Part shown: positions 8,341 to 19,115 of the stretch, piece by piece | Position numbering within the stretch: position 1 is the first letter of the stretch | Layout of the letters: the number at the start of each line of letters is the position of its first letter | From: Candidatus Omnitrophota bacterium | GTDB lineage: Bacteria > Omnitrophota > Gorgyraeia > Gygaellales > Profunditerraquicolaceae | Assembly (NCBI GenBank): GCA_043809145.1 | Contig: JAZDED010000012.1 | Span: forward strand, 3,994-67,993 | Length of the DNA: 64,000 nt | Direction of reading: 5' to 3' | Position numbers and translations under genes: made by a program | Notes under the pieces: model-generated | Databases searched by the model: none | Told to the model about the DNA's origin: nothing | The model's input: only the letters and a program-made list of their open reading frames with translations

Positions 8341-9620
8341 TTAGGCAAAGTATTCTTGACACGGCTGTAAAATAAGATTCCTTTTAAAACATCTACTGCC
8401 CGGACAAGCTGGTTATCTGTTTTGTATTTATTATCTTCAGCTGGTTTCTTTACTGCGGTGTCGATTTTTTCAAAAACATCTTCTGTTTCCTCAATTGCAC
8501 CCTTATTATTCTGAACAAGCTCAATCTTTCCTTCCTCGACTATGATATCGGGGATTATGCCTTTTTCGTGTATCTGCCTGCCTAACGGAGTGTAATATTT
8601 ACTGGTTGTTAATCTTAGGGCTGAGCCGTCTCCTAGCGGAATTATGGTTTGCACCGAGCCCTTGCCAAATGATTTTACTCCGATGATAATTGCCTTTTTA
8701 TGGTCCTGAAGCGAGCCTGCCACAATTTCGCTTCCTGATGCCGAGCCTTCGTTAATCAAAATGGCAATTGGAATATTTAGCCAGGGTTTGGAATATTCGG
8801 CCTTAAATTGAAAATCTTGTTTTCCCTGCCGGCCTTTGGTGTAAACAATTATTTTGCCTTTTTCTACGAATCTCTCTGTTACCTTTACTGCGACATCCAA
8901 GAGTCCCCCGGGATTATTACGAAGGTCTAGTATTAAGCCTTTTAGTCCTTCCTTGCTGAGTTTTTTTAATACCTGATCTATATCAATGGCGGTATGTTCC
9001 GAAAACTCCACTAGCCTTATATATCCGATCCCGTCTTCCAGAATTTTGGCTTCTTTGATATCCTTGATTTTGATTATGTCGCGGATGATTTTAAAGTCTA
9101 TGATCTTCTTCTCGGACTCCCTTAAAATAGTGACATTAACTGCTTCCGAAGGCTTACCGCGCAGTCTCTTTACAGCTTCGGTTAGAGTCATATCGCGGGT
9201 TATTTCGTTATTTATTTTTATAATACGGTCATTTGCTTTTAAGCCGGCTTTCCAGGCGGGGGTATCTTCGATTGGTGTGACTACGGTTAAGAGACCATCG
9301 GATATGGTAATTTCTATCCCAATCCCGCCGAATTTTCCTTCGGTAGAAACCTTCAATTCATTGTATGTTTCCGGGTCCATAAACTGGCTGTGCGCGTCTA
9401 GAGAGCCGAGCATCCCTTTTAAAGCGCCGTAGATAAGATCCTGGGATTTAACTTCATCTATATAGTCGGTTTGAATTAATGCCAGGGCGTCAGAAAAAAG
9501 GCCGACCTGCCTGTAAAGTTCGCTTTTTTTCTTGTCCATAGCGCAGAAGGCGTTATATGAAAAAAAGACTGCTCCTGCGGCGGCAATAAATATTATGGCG
9601 GATATTTTCATTTTACGCAT
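8337..9620 (-). CDS. ctpA: carboxy-terminal processing peptidase (S41 family, PDZ domain)
   Basis: 427 aa with a signal/anchor sequence and a PDZ region. The catalytic Ser context is NEGSASGSEI and the Lys context is KSFGKGSVQT. Confidence 0.9.
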   Translation of the reverse strand: MRKMKISAIIFIAAAGAVFFSYNAFCAMDKKKSELYRQVGLFSDALALIQTDYIDEVKSQDLIYGALKGMLGSLDAHSQFMDPETYNELKVSTEGKFGGIGIEITISDGLLTVVTPIEDTPAWKAGLKANDRIIKINNEITRDMTLTEAVKRLRGKPSEAVNVTILRESEKKIIDFKIIRDIIKIKDIKEAKILEDGIGYIRLVEFSEHTAIDIDQVLKKLSKEGLKGLILDLRNNPGGLLDVAVKVTERFVEKGKIIVYTKGRQGKQDFQFKAEYSKPWLNIPIAILINEGSASGSEIVAGSLQDHKKAIIIGVKSFGKGSVQTIIPLGDGSALRLTTSKYYTPLGRQIHEKGIIPDIIVEEGKIELVQNNKGAIEETEDVFEKIDTAVKKPAEDNKYKTDNQLVRAVDVLKGILFYSRVKNTLPK

Positions 9621-11047
9621 TAACTTATCCTCCTCTTGAGTATTTCTTGAACAACTTTAGGGTTAGCTTTACCCTTTGATTTTTTCATTACTTGGCCTAC
9701 CATGAACATAAGGGCATTAATCTTACCGTTTTTATAATCAGCAGCGGATTTAGGATTTTCGCGGATTACCTCATCGGCGTATAATTCCAGACTTTGGGTA
9801 TCGGAGACTTGGGAGAGGTTCTTCTCCGCCATAATCTTGTCCGCATCTATTCCCGTATCGATCATGACTGGAAGAACTAACTTGGCGTTAAGGTTGGAAA
9901 TAATTTCTTTATCTATTAATTCTAATAATTTTACCAGGTTTTTAGGAGTTAACTTAAGTTCGAAAATAGAGCAGCGCCTGATATTGGCTTCTGAGAGTAA
10001 AGGACCGATTAACCAGTTGGCCATATTTTTCTTATCAATATTATTATAAAGTTTCAGGCAATCTTCGGAAAATTCAGCGTCTTTTCTGGAACTGGTGATG
10101 ATTGCGGCATCATAAGCTGTTAATTTGTACTCTTGGATAAAACGCGCTGCTTTTTGTTCCGGTAGTTCCGGAAGCTCGGCCTTAGCCGCATTTATTTTTT
10201 CCCGGGTGATAGACAATGGCGGTAGGTCTGGTTCCGGGAAGTATCGGTAATCCCTGGCTTCTTCTTTAGCGCGCATGGAGTATGTTTTTTGTTCTTTTTC
10301 GTTCCAGAGGCGGGTTTCCTGGATCACTAATTCATTGTTTTCTAATAAAGCGCTTTGCCTCTTAACTTCAAATTCCAAAGCCTCCTTGACCGCTTTAAAT
10401 GAATTCAAATTCTTTAATTCCGTTTTTATGCCCAACTCCTTCTCTTTTGTTTTCTTGAGTGAGATATTGGCATCGCATCTTAAGGAACCCTTTTCCATAT
10501 CACAGTCTGATACATCCAGGTAGGCGATAATATTCTTTAACTTGGTTAGGTAATTATAAGCTTCTATCGGAGAATTGATATCCGGGTCGCTTACAATTTC
10601 TAAGAGAGCAACTCCGGCGCGGTTGTAATCTACGAGGCTGGATTCATCTTCGTGGATAAGTTTTCCGGCATCCTCCTCCAAATGAATCCTGCGTATATTA
10701 ATGCGTTTTACCGTATCTTTAATTTTAATATCCAGAAAACCCTCTTTACAGATCGGCAGGTCATACTGCGATATCTGAAAATTTTTTGGGAGGTCCGGAT
10801 AATAGTAATGTTTACGGTCAAACTTGGTGAATTCTTGTATGGAGCAATCTAGCGCAACTCCTACCCTGATTGCATAGTCGAGCGCCGTTTTGTTTAATAC
10901 CGGTAATGAGCCGGGAAGCCCCAGGCATACCGGACAGACTTGGGAATTAGGGCTATTGCCGAATTCCGTGGGGCATCCGCAAAAAGCTTTGGTTTTTGTT
11001 TTAAGTTGAAGGTGAACCTCTAATCCGATTATGGTCTGGTATTTCAT
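9620..11047 (-). CDS. gatB: Asp/Glu-tRNA(Asn/Gln) amidotransferase subunit B
   Basis: The GatB N-terminus MKYQTIIGLEVHLQL is present. I use this Met as the start. The ORF-track start at 11095 would overlap gatA by 40 nt. Confidence 0.93.
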   Translation of the reverse strand: MKYQTIIGLEVHLQLKTKTKAFCGCPTEFGNSPNSQVCPVCLGLPGSLPVLNKTALDYAIRVGVALDCSIQEFTKFDRKHYYYPDLPKNFQISQYDLPICKEGFLDIKIKDTVKRINIRRIHLEEDAGKLIHEDESSLVDYNRAGVALLEIVSDPDINSPIEAYNYLTKLKNIIAYLDVSDCDMEKGSLRCDANISLKKTKEKELGIKTELKNLNSFKAVKEALEFEVKRQSALLENNELVIQETRLWNEKEQKTYSMRAKEEARDYRYFPEPDLPPLSITREKINAAKAELPELPEQKAARFIQEYKLTAYDAAIITSSRKDAEFSEDCLKLYNNIDKKNMANWLIGPLLSEANIRRCSIFELKLTPKNLVKLLELIDKEIISNLNAKLVLPVMIDTGIDADKIMAEKNLSQVSDTQSLELYADEVIRENPKSAADYKNGKINALMFMVGQVMKKSKGKANPKVVQEILKRRIS

Positions 11048-11055
11048 ATAGTTAA

Positions 11056-12516
11056 TTAAGAAATAGCAAAGGTATTCGGTTTCTGTAAATGCCACTCTGC
11101 GCTTTGTTCATAGGTATAGGCAGCCCTAAAAATTATCTCTTCGGCAAATGGTTTAGCCAGGATCTGTAGTCCTACTGGAAGCCCCTGTTGTGTAAAACCA
11201 CAAGGGACTGAAATTCCCGGTATTCCGGCTAAGTTGGCCGAAATAGTATATACATCGGAAAGGTACATCTTTAATGGGTCTTGGGATTTTTCTCCAATTT
11301 TGAATGCCGGCGTAGGTGAGGTTGGGGTTAGAATACAATCAAAATCCTTAAAGATTTTGTCAAAGTCATTCTTTATTAGTGTTCTTACTTTTAATGCGCG
11401 TAAATAATAAGCGTCATAATAGCCGTGGGATAATGCAAATGTTCCCAACATTATTCTTCTCTTGGCTTCTTCACCGAAGCCTTGGCCTCTTGCGCGCATA
11501 AACATTTCGATAATGCTTTGTCTCTTCTCCTGATCTGGCCTAAGGCCGTATTGCACTCCGTCGAATCTGGAGAGGTTGGAGCTTGCTTCTGCTGTGGCTA
11601 CAATGTAGTAGACAGGGATAGCGTACTTGGTATGCGGTAGGGAGACTTCTTGAAACTTCGCTCCCAATTCTTTAAGTTTTTTAATGGCTATATGAACTGT
11701 ATTTTCAACTTCCGTATCTATTCCCTGGCTATGAAAATATTCTTTAGGCAATGCTATTCTCAATCCCTTGACATCGGATATGAGAGATTTTGTATAATCT
11801 GGAACCGGATGTTCTACTGATGTCGCGTCCATGGGGTCATGGCCGGATATTATATTCATTATTAAAGCCGCATCCTGGACATCGCGGGTAATCGGACCAA
11901 TCTGGTCAAGACTTGAGGCAAAGGCAATCAGACCGTAGCGCGATACTCTTCCATAAGTAGGCTTAAACCCTACCACTCCGCAAAAACTGGCTGGCTGACG
12001 TATTGAGCCTCCTGTATCTGAGCCCAAGGCCATTATAGCTTGTCCGCTGGCTACAGCTGCGGCTGAACCACCTGAAGACCCCCCAGGTACTCTTTGTAAA
12101 TCCCAGGGGTTATGCGAAGGGCCAAAACAGGAATTTTCAGTTGAAGAACCAAAGGCAAATTCATCCATATTGGTTTTTATACTCATTATTGCAGCGCCGG
12201 CGCTTTTTAGTTTACTTATTACTGTAGCGTCGTAAGGAGGAAGAAAGCCTTTGAGTATATTGGAACAGCATTCGGTGAGCGCGTCCTTAGTGCATATATT
12301 ATCTTTTATGGCAATAGGTATACCTTTAAGCAGGCTGTTTGTGTTGTCTTGGGTTAATTTCACGCAAGGCGTGTCTCCTACCCTGACAAAAGCTTTGATC
12401 GATTTATGAGACTGCAGGATTCGTTCGGTTAATTGCTCGGCAATTTCTTCAGGCTGCAATTTATTATCACAGGCTTTCTTTAATAATTCATGGCATGTTT
12501 GGTTCTGAATTGGCAT
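11056..12516 (-). CDS. gatA: Glu-tRNA(Gln) amidotransferase subunit A
   Basis: 486 aa with the amidase signature [12 protein letters not shown] and gatC-gatA-gatB gene order. Confidence 0.95.
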   Translation of the reverse strand: MPIQNQTCHELLKKACDNKLQPEEIAEQLTERILQSHKSIKAFVRVGDTPCVKLTQDNTNSLLKGIPIAIKDNICTKDALTECCSNILKGFLPPYDATVISKLKSAGAAIMSIKTNMDEFAFGSSTENSCFGPSHNPWDLQRVPGGSSGGSAAAVASGQAIMALGSDTGGSIRQPASFCGVVGFKPTYGRVSRYGLIAFASSLDQIGPITRDVQDAALIMNIISGHDPMDATSVEHPVPDYTKSLISDVKGLRIALPKEYFHSQGIDTEVENTVHIAIKKLKELGAKFQEVSLPHTKYAIPVYYIVATAEASSNLSRFDGVQYGLRPDQEKRQSIIEMFMRARGQGFGEEAKRRIMLGTFALSHGYYDAYYLRALKVRTLIKNDFDKIFKDFDCILTPTSPTPAFKIGEKSQDPLKMYLSDVYTISANLAGIPGISVPCGFTQQGLPVGLQILAKPFAEEIIFRAAYTYEQSAEWHLQKPNTFAIS

Positions 12517-12518
12517 GT

Positions 12519-12803
12519 TTAATCGATTACCTTGGGTACCTTGAAGAAGCCTTCCTTTTTTTGCGGAGCGTTGGCCAGGGTTTTGGCGATAGGAAGAGTG
12601 GGTTTTAACTCATCTTGCCTGAGGATATTAGATGCAGGCAAGATATGGCTTGTAGGGTTTACCTGGTTTATATCGGCGCTTTTTAGCTGGTCAATAAAAT
12701 CAATGATTGAATGCAGTTGCCCAGAGAGTAATTCCATCTCCTTCTCATCAAGGTTAATACGCGCCAGTTTAGCTATATATGCGACTTGTTCTTTATCAAG
12801 CAT
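12519..12803 (-). CDS. gatC: Asp/Glu-tRNA amidotransferase subunit C
   Basis: Small protein [22 protein letters not shown]... immediately upstream of gatA. The ORF-track N-terminal extension to 12878 is probably not translated. Confidence 0.85.
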   Translation of the reverse strand: MLDKEQVAYIAKLARINLDEKEMELLSGQLHSIIDFIDQLKSADINQVNPTSHILPASNILRQDELKPTLPIAKTLANAPQKKEGFFKVPKVID

Positions 12804-12883
12804 TTTCTTATTTTGATTGAAATTATAGAGAATTAGTTTAACATTCTTTACCTTAAATGTCAAAATATATGTGGACAAAATCC

Positions 12884-12912
12884 TTGAAATATGTAAAATA
12901 ACTTAGTAAATT
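12884..12912 (+). promoter_or_regulatory. candidate promoter (TTGAAA-17-TAAATT) for the plus-strand gene
   Basis: The plus strand reads tccTTGAAAtatgtaaaataacttagTAAATTtaacagcttaatGAGGAGaagATG. Confidence 0.35.
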
Positions 12913-12933
12913 TAACAGCTTAATGAGGAGAAG

Positions 12934-15900
12934 ATGAAAAAACAAAAAGGGTATATAATCCCAAAATATTATCTGAATGAGAATGGTGCTTTTGTAATCG
13001 AGAATTATAATACCGCTAAGCCTTTGGCAAGTTTTTTCCCGGGAATCTCCGGAGAATACGGTATACCTATGTGGGTTTTTTACGTTAACCGGGGCCAGGG
13101 TGTAGTAAGTTTCGGCATTAAGGACCGGGACAGCTCGATTATGGAATTTCTTCCGGCAAATAAGGCCTGGGAGTCTGTGTCGCTATCGGGTTTCCGCACT
13201 TTTATTAAAGTAATGGGTAGTAATAAAAGCCTTTTTTATGAACCTTTTCATAACGGGTTCTCAAGTATCGGCTATAAGCTTACCAACCGCATGTCCATCA
13301 CTTCTTATGACCTGAGGATTGAAGAAGATAATTTATCTCTGGGGCTTAGGACCGAGGTTGATTATTTTAATATCCTTCGGATAATTATGCGGGCTTGGTG
13401 AGGATTTTGACCTTAAGGAATTTAAGCAACAAGATTAAGCGTATTCAGCTGCTTGACGGCCTGCCTAAGATTGTCCCTTATGGAGTAAATTATTTCTTCT
13501 TAAAAAGGCTCAGTCGTACTATTGAAGCCTGGATGACGGTAGAGAATCTGGAAAAGGGAGTTCCCTTTTATAAGCTGGGCGTAGACCCGGTTGACCGGCC
13601 ACAGGTAGTACATCTTAAGGAAGGCAATTTCTACCTTCCTTTCAGTTACGAAAAGGGCAGTTGCCGGATTATTAAACCTATTGTTGACCCCGAGGCTATT
13701 TTTGGCCCGGTATTGGATTTTTCTTACCCGTATTATTTTCTTAAAGATAAAGTTTTTAAATACCCCAAGGTTCAACTTGCCAAAAATAAGACTCCTTGCG
13801 GAGTAACTTTGATCAATGCGCAAATACCTCCTCTATCCGAAATAAAGCTCTATTCAATTATCGGAAATATGCGTTCGCTGCACTTGCTTAATGACGCGGT
13901 TCCGCGGATTGCCAAAAAAGAATACCTGGAGCATAAGAGAAAAGAAAATATAGGGATAATTGAGGCATTGCAGAATGATATTGATACCAAAAGCTCCTGT
14001 CGAGAGTTTGATTTATATTCACGGCAGACCTATCTGGATAATATTATGCGTGGGGGTTATCCGGTTATTTTTAAGTCTAAACTGCACAAAACCGTTTTTT
14101 ATTTATATTCCCGTAAACACGGGGACTTGGAGCGTGATTATAATAAATTCCAGATCCAGCCGACATATTTCTCTCAAGGTAACGGTAATTACCGCGATAT
14201 AAATCAAAACCGCAGGTGTGATGTCTGGTTTAATCCCGAAGTCCAGGACGACAATATCATTACTTTTTTTAACCTTATTCAAACAGATGGTTTCAATCCC
14301 CTGGTAGTAAAAGGGGTGTCTTTTATTTTGACTAAACCTGATGAGTTTAAGCCCGTGTTGGAGAGCTTGGTAAAGGCTAAAGTGACGCCTGAGATTCTGG
14401 AATTCTTTGAAAAGCCATTCACTCCGGGAAGCGTAATCTTGTTTTTGGAAGAAAAAAAGATTACGCTAAAGGTAAAATCCGAAGAGTTCATTAATGTATT
14501 ATTGTCGCATTGCGATAAGATTCAGGAGGCATACCATAAGGAGGGTTATTGGACAGACCACTGGGTATATAACCTGGATTTATTGGAGAACTATCTGGCC
14601 ATATACCCGGAGAAGTCGGAAGAAATTTTATTCAATAAACGGGTATTTACCTTTTTTGACAATGACCAGGTGGTTAAGCCGCGCTCTTGCAAATATATCC
14701 TGCTGGATCAAAAGCCCAAGCAGCTTCATGCCCTCTATAGCGATGAAGAAAAAAAAGACATTATCTTTAAGAGAAAAATGCAGATCCGTTTAAGCAGAAA
14801 GGATTACGGAAGGGGTGAAATTTATTATACTAGTTTAATCAACAAGCTTATGTGCCTGGTGGTAAATAAGTCTGCATCTTTAGATCCTCAAGGCTCAGGT
14901 ATTGAGATGGAGTCAGACAAGCCTAACTGGTTTGATGCTTTAAACGGCCTGCCTGCCCTTTTTGGATCTTCTACTTGTGAAACCTTTGAGCTTAAGAGGT
15001 TGGGCAAATTTATTAAAGAAAAACTTCAGATGTCAGGAATTAAAAATATAGCATTGAGCGAAGAAATACATGATTTTCTTGACAGCCTGGATAAAATAAT
15101 AAAGGAGTATCTGGAGCTCGGCGCGGTTAACAGGGATTATATTTATTGGGATAAGAGTTCAACCTTAAAGGAAAATTACCGTTTAAAAAACCGCTTTGGC
15201 CTTAGCGGTAAAGAAGTTGATGTCAGCTCCTCTAGTTTAATTTCTTTTCTTAACAATCTCCTTATAAAGATAGATATTGGCCTGAATAAGGCCTTGGTTA
15301 AAAAGGATAATATTTATACCGCCTATTTCTATTATGAGGTTTTGGAATATGATCAGATTAAAGATGGCTTTATTATGCCGCGGAAGTTTACTCAAAAAAG
15401 GCTTCCCTTCTTCCTGGAATCTCAAGTGCATGCTTTAAGATTGGTTAATGACATAGGCCAGGCTCGGAGATTGTATCGTGCAGTCAGGAATAGTCAGTTA
15501 TATGATAAGAAATTAGGGATGTACAAGGTTACTGCTCCGCTTGATGCTATGCCTGAAGAAATTGGCAGGTGCCGCGCTTTTACTCCCGGGTGGCTGGAGA
15601 ATGAATCAATCTGGCTTCATATGGAATATAAGTATCTCCTGGAGATTATAAAATGCGGGCTCTACGAAGAATTTTATGCGGATTTTAAAGGTATGCTTAT
15701 ACCTTTTCAGGATCCAGCGCGTTACGGCAGGAGTATTTTAGAAAACTCTTCTTTTCTGGTTAGCAGCGCCTTTCCCGACAAGCGCCTGCATGGAACCGGT
15801 TTTGTTAGCCGTCTATCAGGCTCGACCGCCGAATTTTTGAATATCTGGCTTTTGATGAATATAGGCAAGGAGCCATTCTTTCTAAATGACAAAAAGCAAT

Positions 15901-16169
15901 TATGCCTAAAATTTGATCCGATATTACCGAAATGGCTTTTTAATAAGGATAAGTCCTACAGTTTTAATTTCTTAAGTAAAATCATGGTTACTTACCATAA
16001 TCCTCGTATGAAAAACACATTTGGCCCTGACTGCGTCCGGATAAGAAGGATATCTTTTAAGGATCAGTTGGGAAATCCTGTAGAATTGAGCTCTTCTTTA
16101 ATACCTGCCCCTTATGCGCAGCAGATCCGCTCTCGTTTAATCCAAAGGATTGATATTTACCTTAAATAA
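12934..16169 (+). pseudogene. large glycoside-hydrolase/phosphorylase-like protein, split by a frameshift (ORFs 12934..13401 and 13395..16169)
   Basis: The two ORFs overlap and read as one protein of about 1075 aa if one frame change is made between 13371 and 13398. The second frame is open from 13371 (YPSDNYAGLVRILTL...) and has no SD or ATG of its own. Motifs include FFPGISGEYGIPMWVFYVNRGQ, NYRDINQNRR, YWTDHWVYNLDL and PGWLENESIWLHMEYKYLLE. These remind me of proteins usually auto-annotated as cellobiose phosphorylase, but the family assignment is unverified. Confidence 0.6.
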
Positions 16170-16179
16170 TAAAGTTAAA

Positions 16180-18894
16180 TTAGAATTTGCGGTGGTAATA
16201 AAGGCGGATAATATGCTGGATATCCAGCACTGAAAGTGAGCCGCCAAAAGGGTCAAAGGTTACTGCTCCTATTGGGGTATAGCCTGATTCTCCGTACTGT
16301 AAAATCAATTCATCGTCACTGGTTCTATGGTATCTTAATTCTGCGAAGAAATTATGATGTCCGGCTGGCGTGGTAATACCTTGTTGCAGGCGTTCTAGAT
16401 CCTTCCAGCGCGAATAAACGTATTTCAAATAAAGGCCTAATTTCTCAGTAGGTAAATAACCGATTTCTACTCCGGCATGATTAATGTTGTCCGATGTAGG
16501 GCCGGCGCTTTCGAATTCGTTACGCGTATAATCAAAATATACCTCCATTTTATCGATAGGATTAATTCTTAATCCTGCCTTAAAGATATCGTAAAACGGA
16601 TACGGGGCATTGGGAAAAAGCCCCTGGCTGTAAAGCCAGCTGTTCATTTCGCGGTAGCGCATAGAATTTTCCCAGTAAAGATAAGCACGATTTGCGCTGT
16701 TTAATATGCCTCGGGGATAATTGTCATAAGCTAAAGTGTAATCATTAGTGTGTTCCCATACCCCGTTGAGGGCAAGCCAATCATAAAAAGCATATTCTAA
16801 TCCTAAGGAACCTGTTTTAAGCGATGGGTCGTCGGCGTCTCTAATCTGGTCATTAATTAATAACCTACCGGAAACAGCGTCGTATAAGAATGGGTCCTCC
16901 CCAGCGGTTGTTTTAGGCATATATTGGTAAAGGGCTAGACCCTTGGCAGTCAGTTTATCGGTTACCTTTAAAGTTATTTCATCGCGCGCGACATTCTCCA
17001 CAAACTTACCGTTGGCTAGGTGCACATTACGCACATCAAAGAGGTTTTCTAACCTTTCCGGCCATAGGGTTTCTATTCTAAAACCAAAGGCATCCCTTCC
17101 GGAATCAATCCCATCTCCAATGCCAAAAGGTTTAATGTCATTCCAACTCATGGCTGCAGAATAAATTCCGGCATAATAATATTCAAAAGGCTTGCGAAAG
17201 GTAAGATGTCTCGACCACTGGCTGTCTTTACGCGTATTCTTATAGTTGCTTAATGCCGGAGTAAAGCCTTCATCCATGTGCGCGGCATAAAATCGGCTCT
17301 TTACAATCATGGTTTCGCCTTTATCGGCCTTTAAGTCGTCGTAGCTTGAGTCGATAATTTCCCTGGAGGGATATCGATTGACTAAAGAGAAGTAAAATGA
17401 ATTACCGCGCCACTTTCTTCTATAGCCAGGGCTAGTAATGTCACTTTGGGTTTGTGAAGTTGCTGCTTCTAAAGATATTTTGGTTCCTTCTTTGACTTCC
17501 AGGCTCAAATCAGTCCCTAAGACATTATTGCGCGAATCTATCTTGGAGTTATCATCTAAGTTAAACCCGGCGCGCATGCTGTGAGTAAACCCGAGAATGG
17601 ATTTATCTCCAATGCGCTGCTTAAACCTGGAGGCAGTGATGACATTATCGACTTCAGAATAGTCCTGCCATAATCCTTTAGGAGCAGCTAATGTGCTTTT
17701 TAGTTCCGTGCCATCCTGTGGATTAAATTCAAAAGAAAAGCCCCTGAGCGCGGTTAGATATGTTGCGTCGCTGTCTTTGGTTAGAGCAGCCAGTTGATCA
17801 TCCCAGGCTCCGGGTGTAAAATCTACTGGTGGTCCGACATTAGTATTGAGTATTCCTCCCCTCCATTTATAAAGCCATGGGCTGGCTTCCCACCAGGCAT
17901 GGTTATTGGTCAGGCGCAACGGGTCATCGCTGGTAAGGGCTTGGGTTTGATAGGCCATCGGAAAAAATCTGACCTTTGCAACATCATTTTTATAATCTAC
18001 CCAAAGTTCCCTTAAGGGTTGAAAATCTCTTTGTATTTTGGTTTCTGGTATATTAAAGGTATCTGAAGGCCAGTAAGCGCCATATGTAGTGAAAGCGTCT
18101 GTGCCGTATTTTCCAACTTTAGTTTCAGGCAGGCTAAATGAATTTCCTAAACTCTGAGTATAGACTGTTTCCGGGATAGTGTAACCGGTGTTCGACCAGT
18201 ATTTTAGTTCGATTTCCGCATAGTCTCCCCATCCGCTGGTTACAGTTGTCTTTGGGCCTTTACCGGTAAAGCTCCAGGGGTCAATGGTTATATCCGTATG
18301 AAATCCAAGTCCTTCTTGATTATCAGTATCGACATTGACCCTTAAACGGTCAAAGATTCTGGGGTCGTAAGTATTATAGCGGTTATTATAAGCCGATTTA
18401 TCTGTTAGTGTACGCCAGTTTTCTTCGTTAAGATCAAAATTTGACCTTTTCCAGATTGTGTCCCTAGTATCAATACCCAGGCCTAATTGCGCTTCTCCCT
18501 TAATCTTTATTCCTGAATGTGGTTTATCTTGGATTGGTGTAGAATATTTGACTGGGCTTGCAGTAATTGGTTGTGGCAGGAGTCCGGCAATGGTTTTTTC
18601 CATAACATCATCGCGGTTTGTTTGAGAAGTCATTGCGGATGCTGACACAATTGGTTTGGGTGCACTGCGGTTGGCCAGTGTCTTTAGATACTTGTTGGCC
18701 AATTCATTTCTCGGGTCAATGAGCAGGACTTTCCTGAATTCCATAGCAGCATCTTCGTAGCGTCCGCTCCGATAAAATGATTCACCTACTTCCAAAAGAA
18801 AATCGGCAGCCTGAGATGCGGCCAGGCAGGTCTTAATGGTAAAAGTTAGGCTGAATAGTACAATTAAAACTATCGTTAATATTTTTTTAATCAT
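16180..18894 (-). CDS. large outer-membrane beta-barrel-type protein with N-terminal TPR-like module
   Basis: 904 aa with signal peptide (..TIKTCLAAS). A TPR-like helix pair (GESFYRSGRYEDAAMEFRKVLLIDPRNELANKYL) and a Pro/Ser linker follow. The remaining ~750 aa is rich in aromatic/Gly/Asp alternating strands and ends ...LYYHRKF, a C-terminal Phe typical of OMPs. Confidence 0.7.
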   Translation of the reverse strand: MIKKILTIVLIVLFSLTFTIKTCLAASQAADFLLEVGESFYRSGRYEDAAMEFRKVLLIDPRNELANKYLKTLANRSAPKPIVSASAMTSQTNRDDVMEKTIAGLLPQPITASPVKYSTPIQDKPHSGIKIKGEAQLGLGIDTRDTIWKRSNFDLNEENWRTLTDKSAYNNRYNTYDPRIFDRLRVNVDTDNQEGLGFHTDITIDPWSFTGKGPKTTVTSGWGDYAEIELKYWSNTGYTIPETVYTQSLGNSFSLPETKVGKYGTDAFTTYGAYWPSDTFNIPETKIQRDFQPLRELWVDYKNDVAKVRFFPMAYQTQALTSDDPLRLTNNHAWWEASPWLYKWRGGILNTNVGPPVDFTPGAWDDQLAALTKDSDATYLTALRGFSFEFNPQDGTELKSTLAAPKGLWQDYSEVDNVITASRFKQRIGDKSILGFTHSMRAGFNLDDNSKIDSRNNVLGTDLSLEVKEGTKISLEAATSQTQSDITSPGYRRKWRGNSFYFSLVNRYPSREIIDSSYDDLKADKGETMIVKSRFYAAHMDEGFTPALSNYKNTRKDSQWSRHLTFRKPFEYYYAGIYSAAMSWNDIKPFGIGDGIDSGRDAFGFRIETLWPERLENLFDVRNVHLANGKFVENVARDEITLKVTDKLTAKGLALYQYMPKTTAGEDPFLYDAVSGRLLINDQIRDADDPSLKTGSLGLEYAFYDWLALNGVWEHTNDYTLAYDNYPRGILNSANRAYLYWENSMRYREMNSWLYSQGLFPNAPYPFYDIFKAGLRINPIDKMEVYFDYTRNEFESAGPTSDNINHAGVEIGYLPTEKLGLYLKYVYSRWKDLERLQQGITTPAGHHNFFAELRYHRTSDDELILQYGESGYTPIGAVTFDPFGGSLSVLDIQHIIRLYYHRKF

Positions 18895-19033
18895 ATTAAA
18901 TCGAGCATAAAAAAAACCGAATTGACCCCGGTCTTATATCCGGCTTATAGTTTGTGGTTTCAACCTGATATCCTCCATTTTAATCAGGAAGGAATAAAAA
19001 AAGATATCTAATTTTGCCTTAAAATATAAACAA

Positions 19034-19062
19034 AGTATAGCCTATAAAATGCTGTTTGTCAA
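19034..19062 (-). promoter_or_regulatory. sigma70-type promoter (TTGACA-17-TATACT) for the 904-aa OMP gene
   Basis: The reverse complement reads gggTTGACAaacagcattttataggcTATACTttg. This implies a ~130-nt 5' UTR. Confidence 0.5.
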
Positions 19063-19115
19063 CCCGCAGGCATAAATAATTCAAATGTCTATTAAGGGAT
19101 TGCTAAGGGTGGTTT

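Noticed and set aside
13371-13398. Programmed -1 ribosomal frameshift, or UGA recoding, joining the two ORFs of the plus-strand gene.
   Set aside because: There is no slippery X XXY YYZ heptamer and no obvious downstream pseudoknot in the permissive interval. Reading through the TGA at 13399 in frame 1 hits further stops within 5 codons (TGA, then TAA). An indel or assembly error is the simpler explanation.
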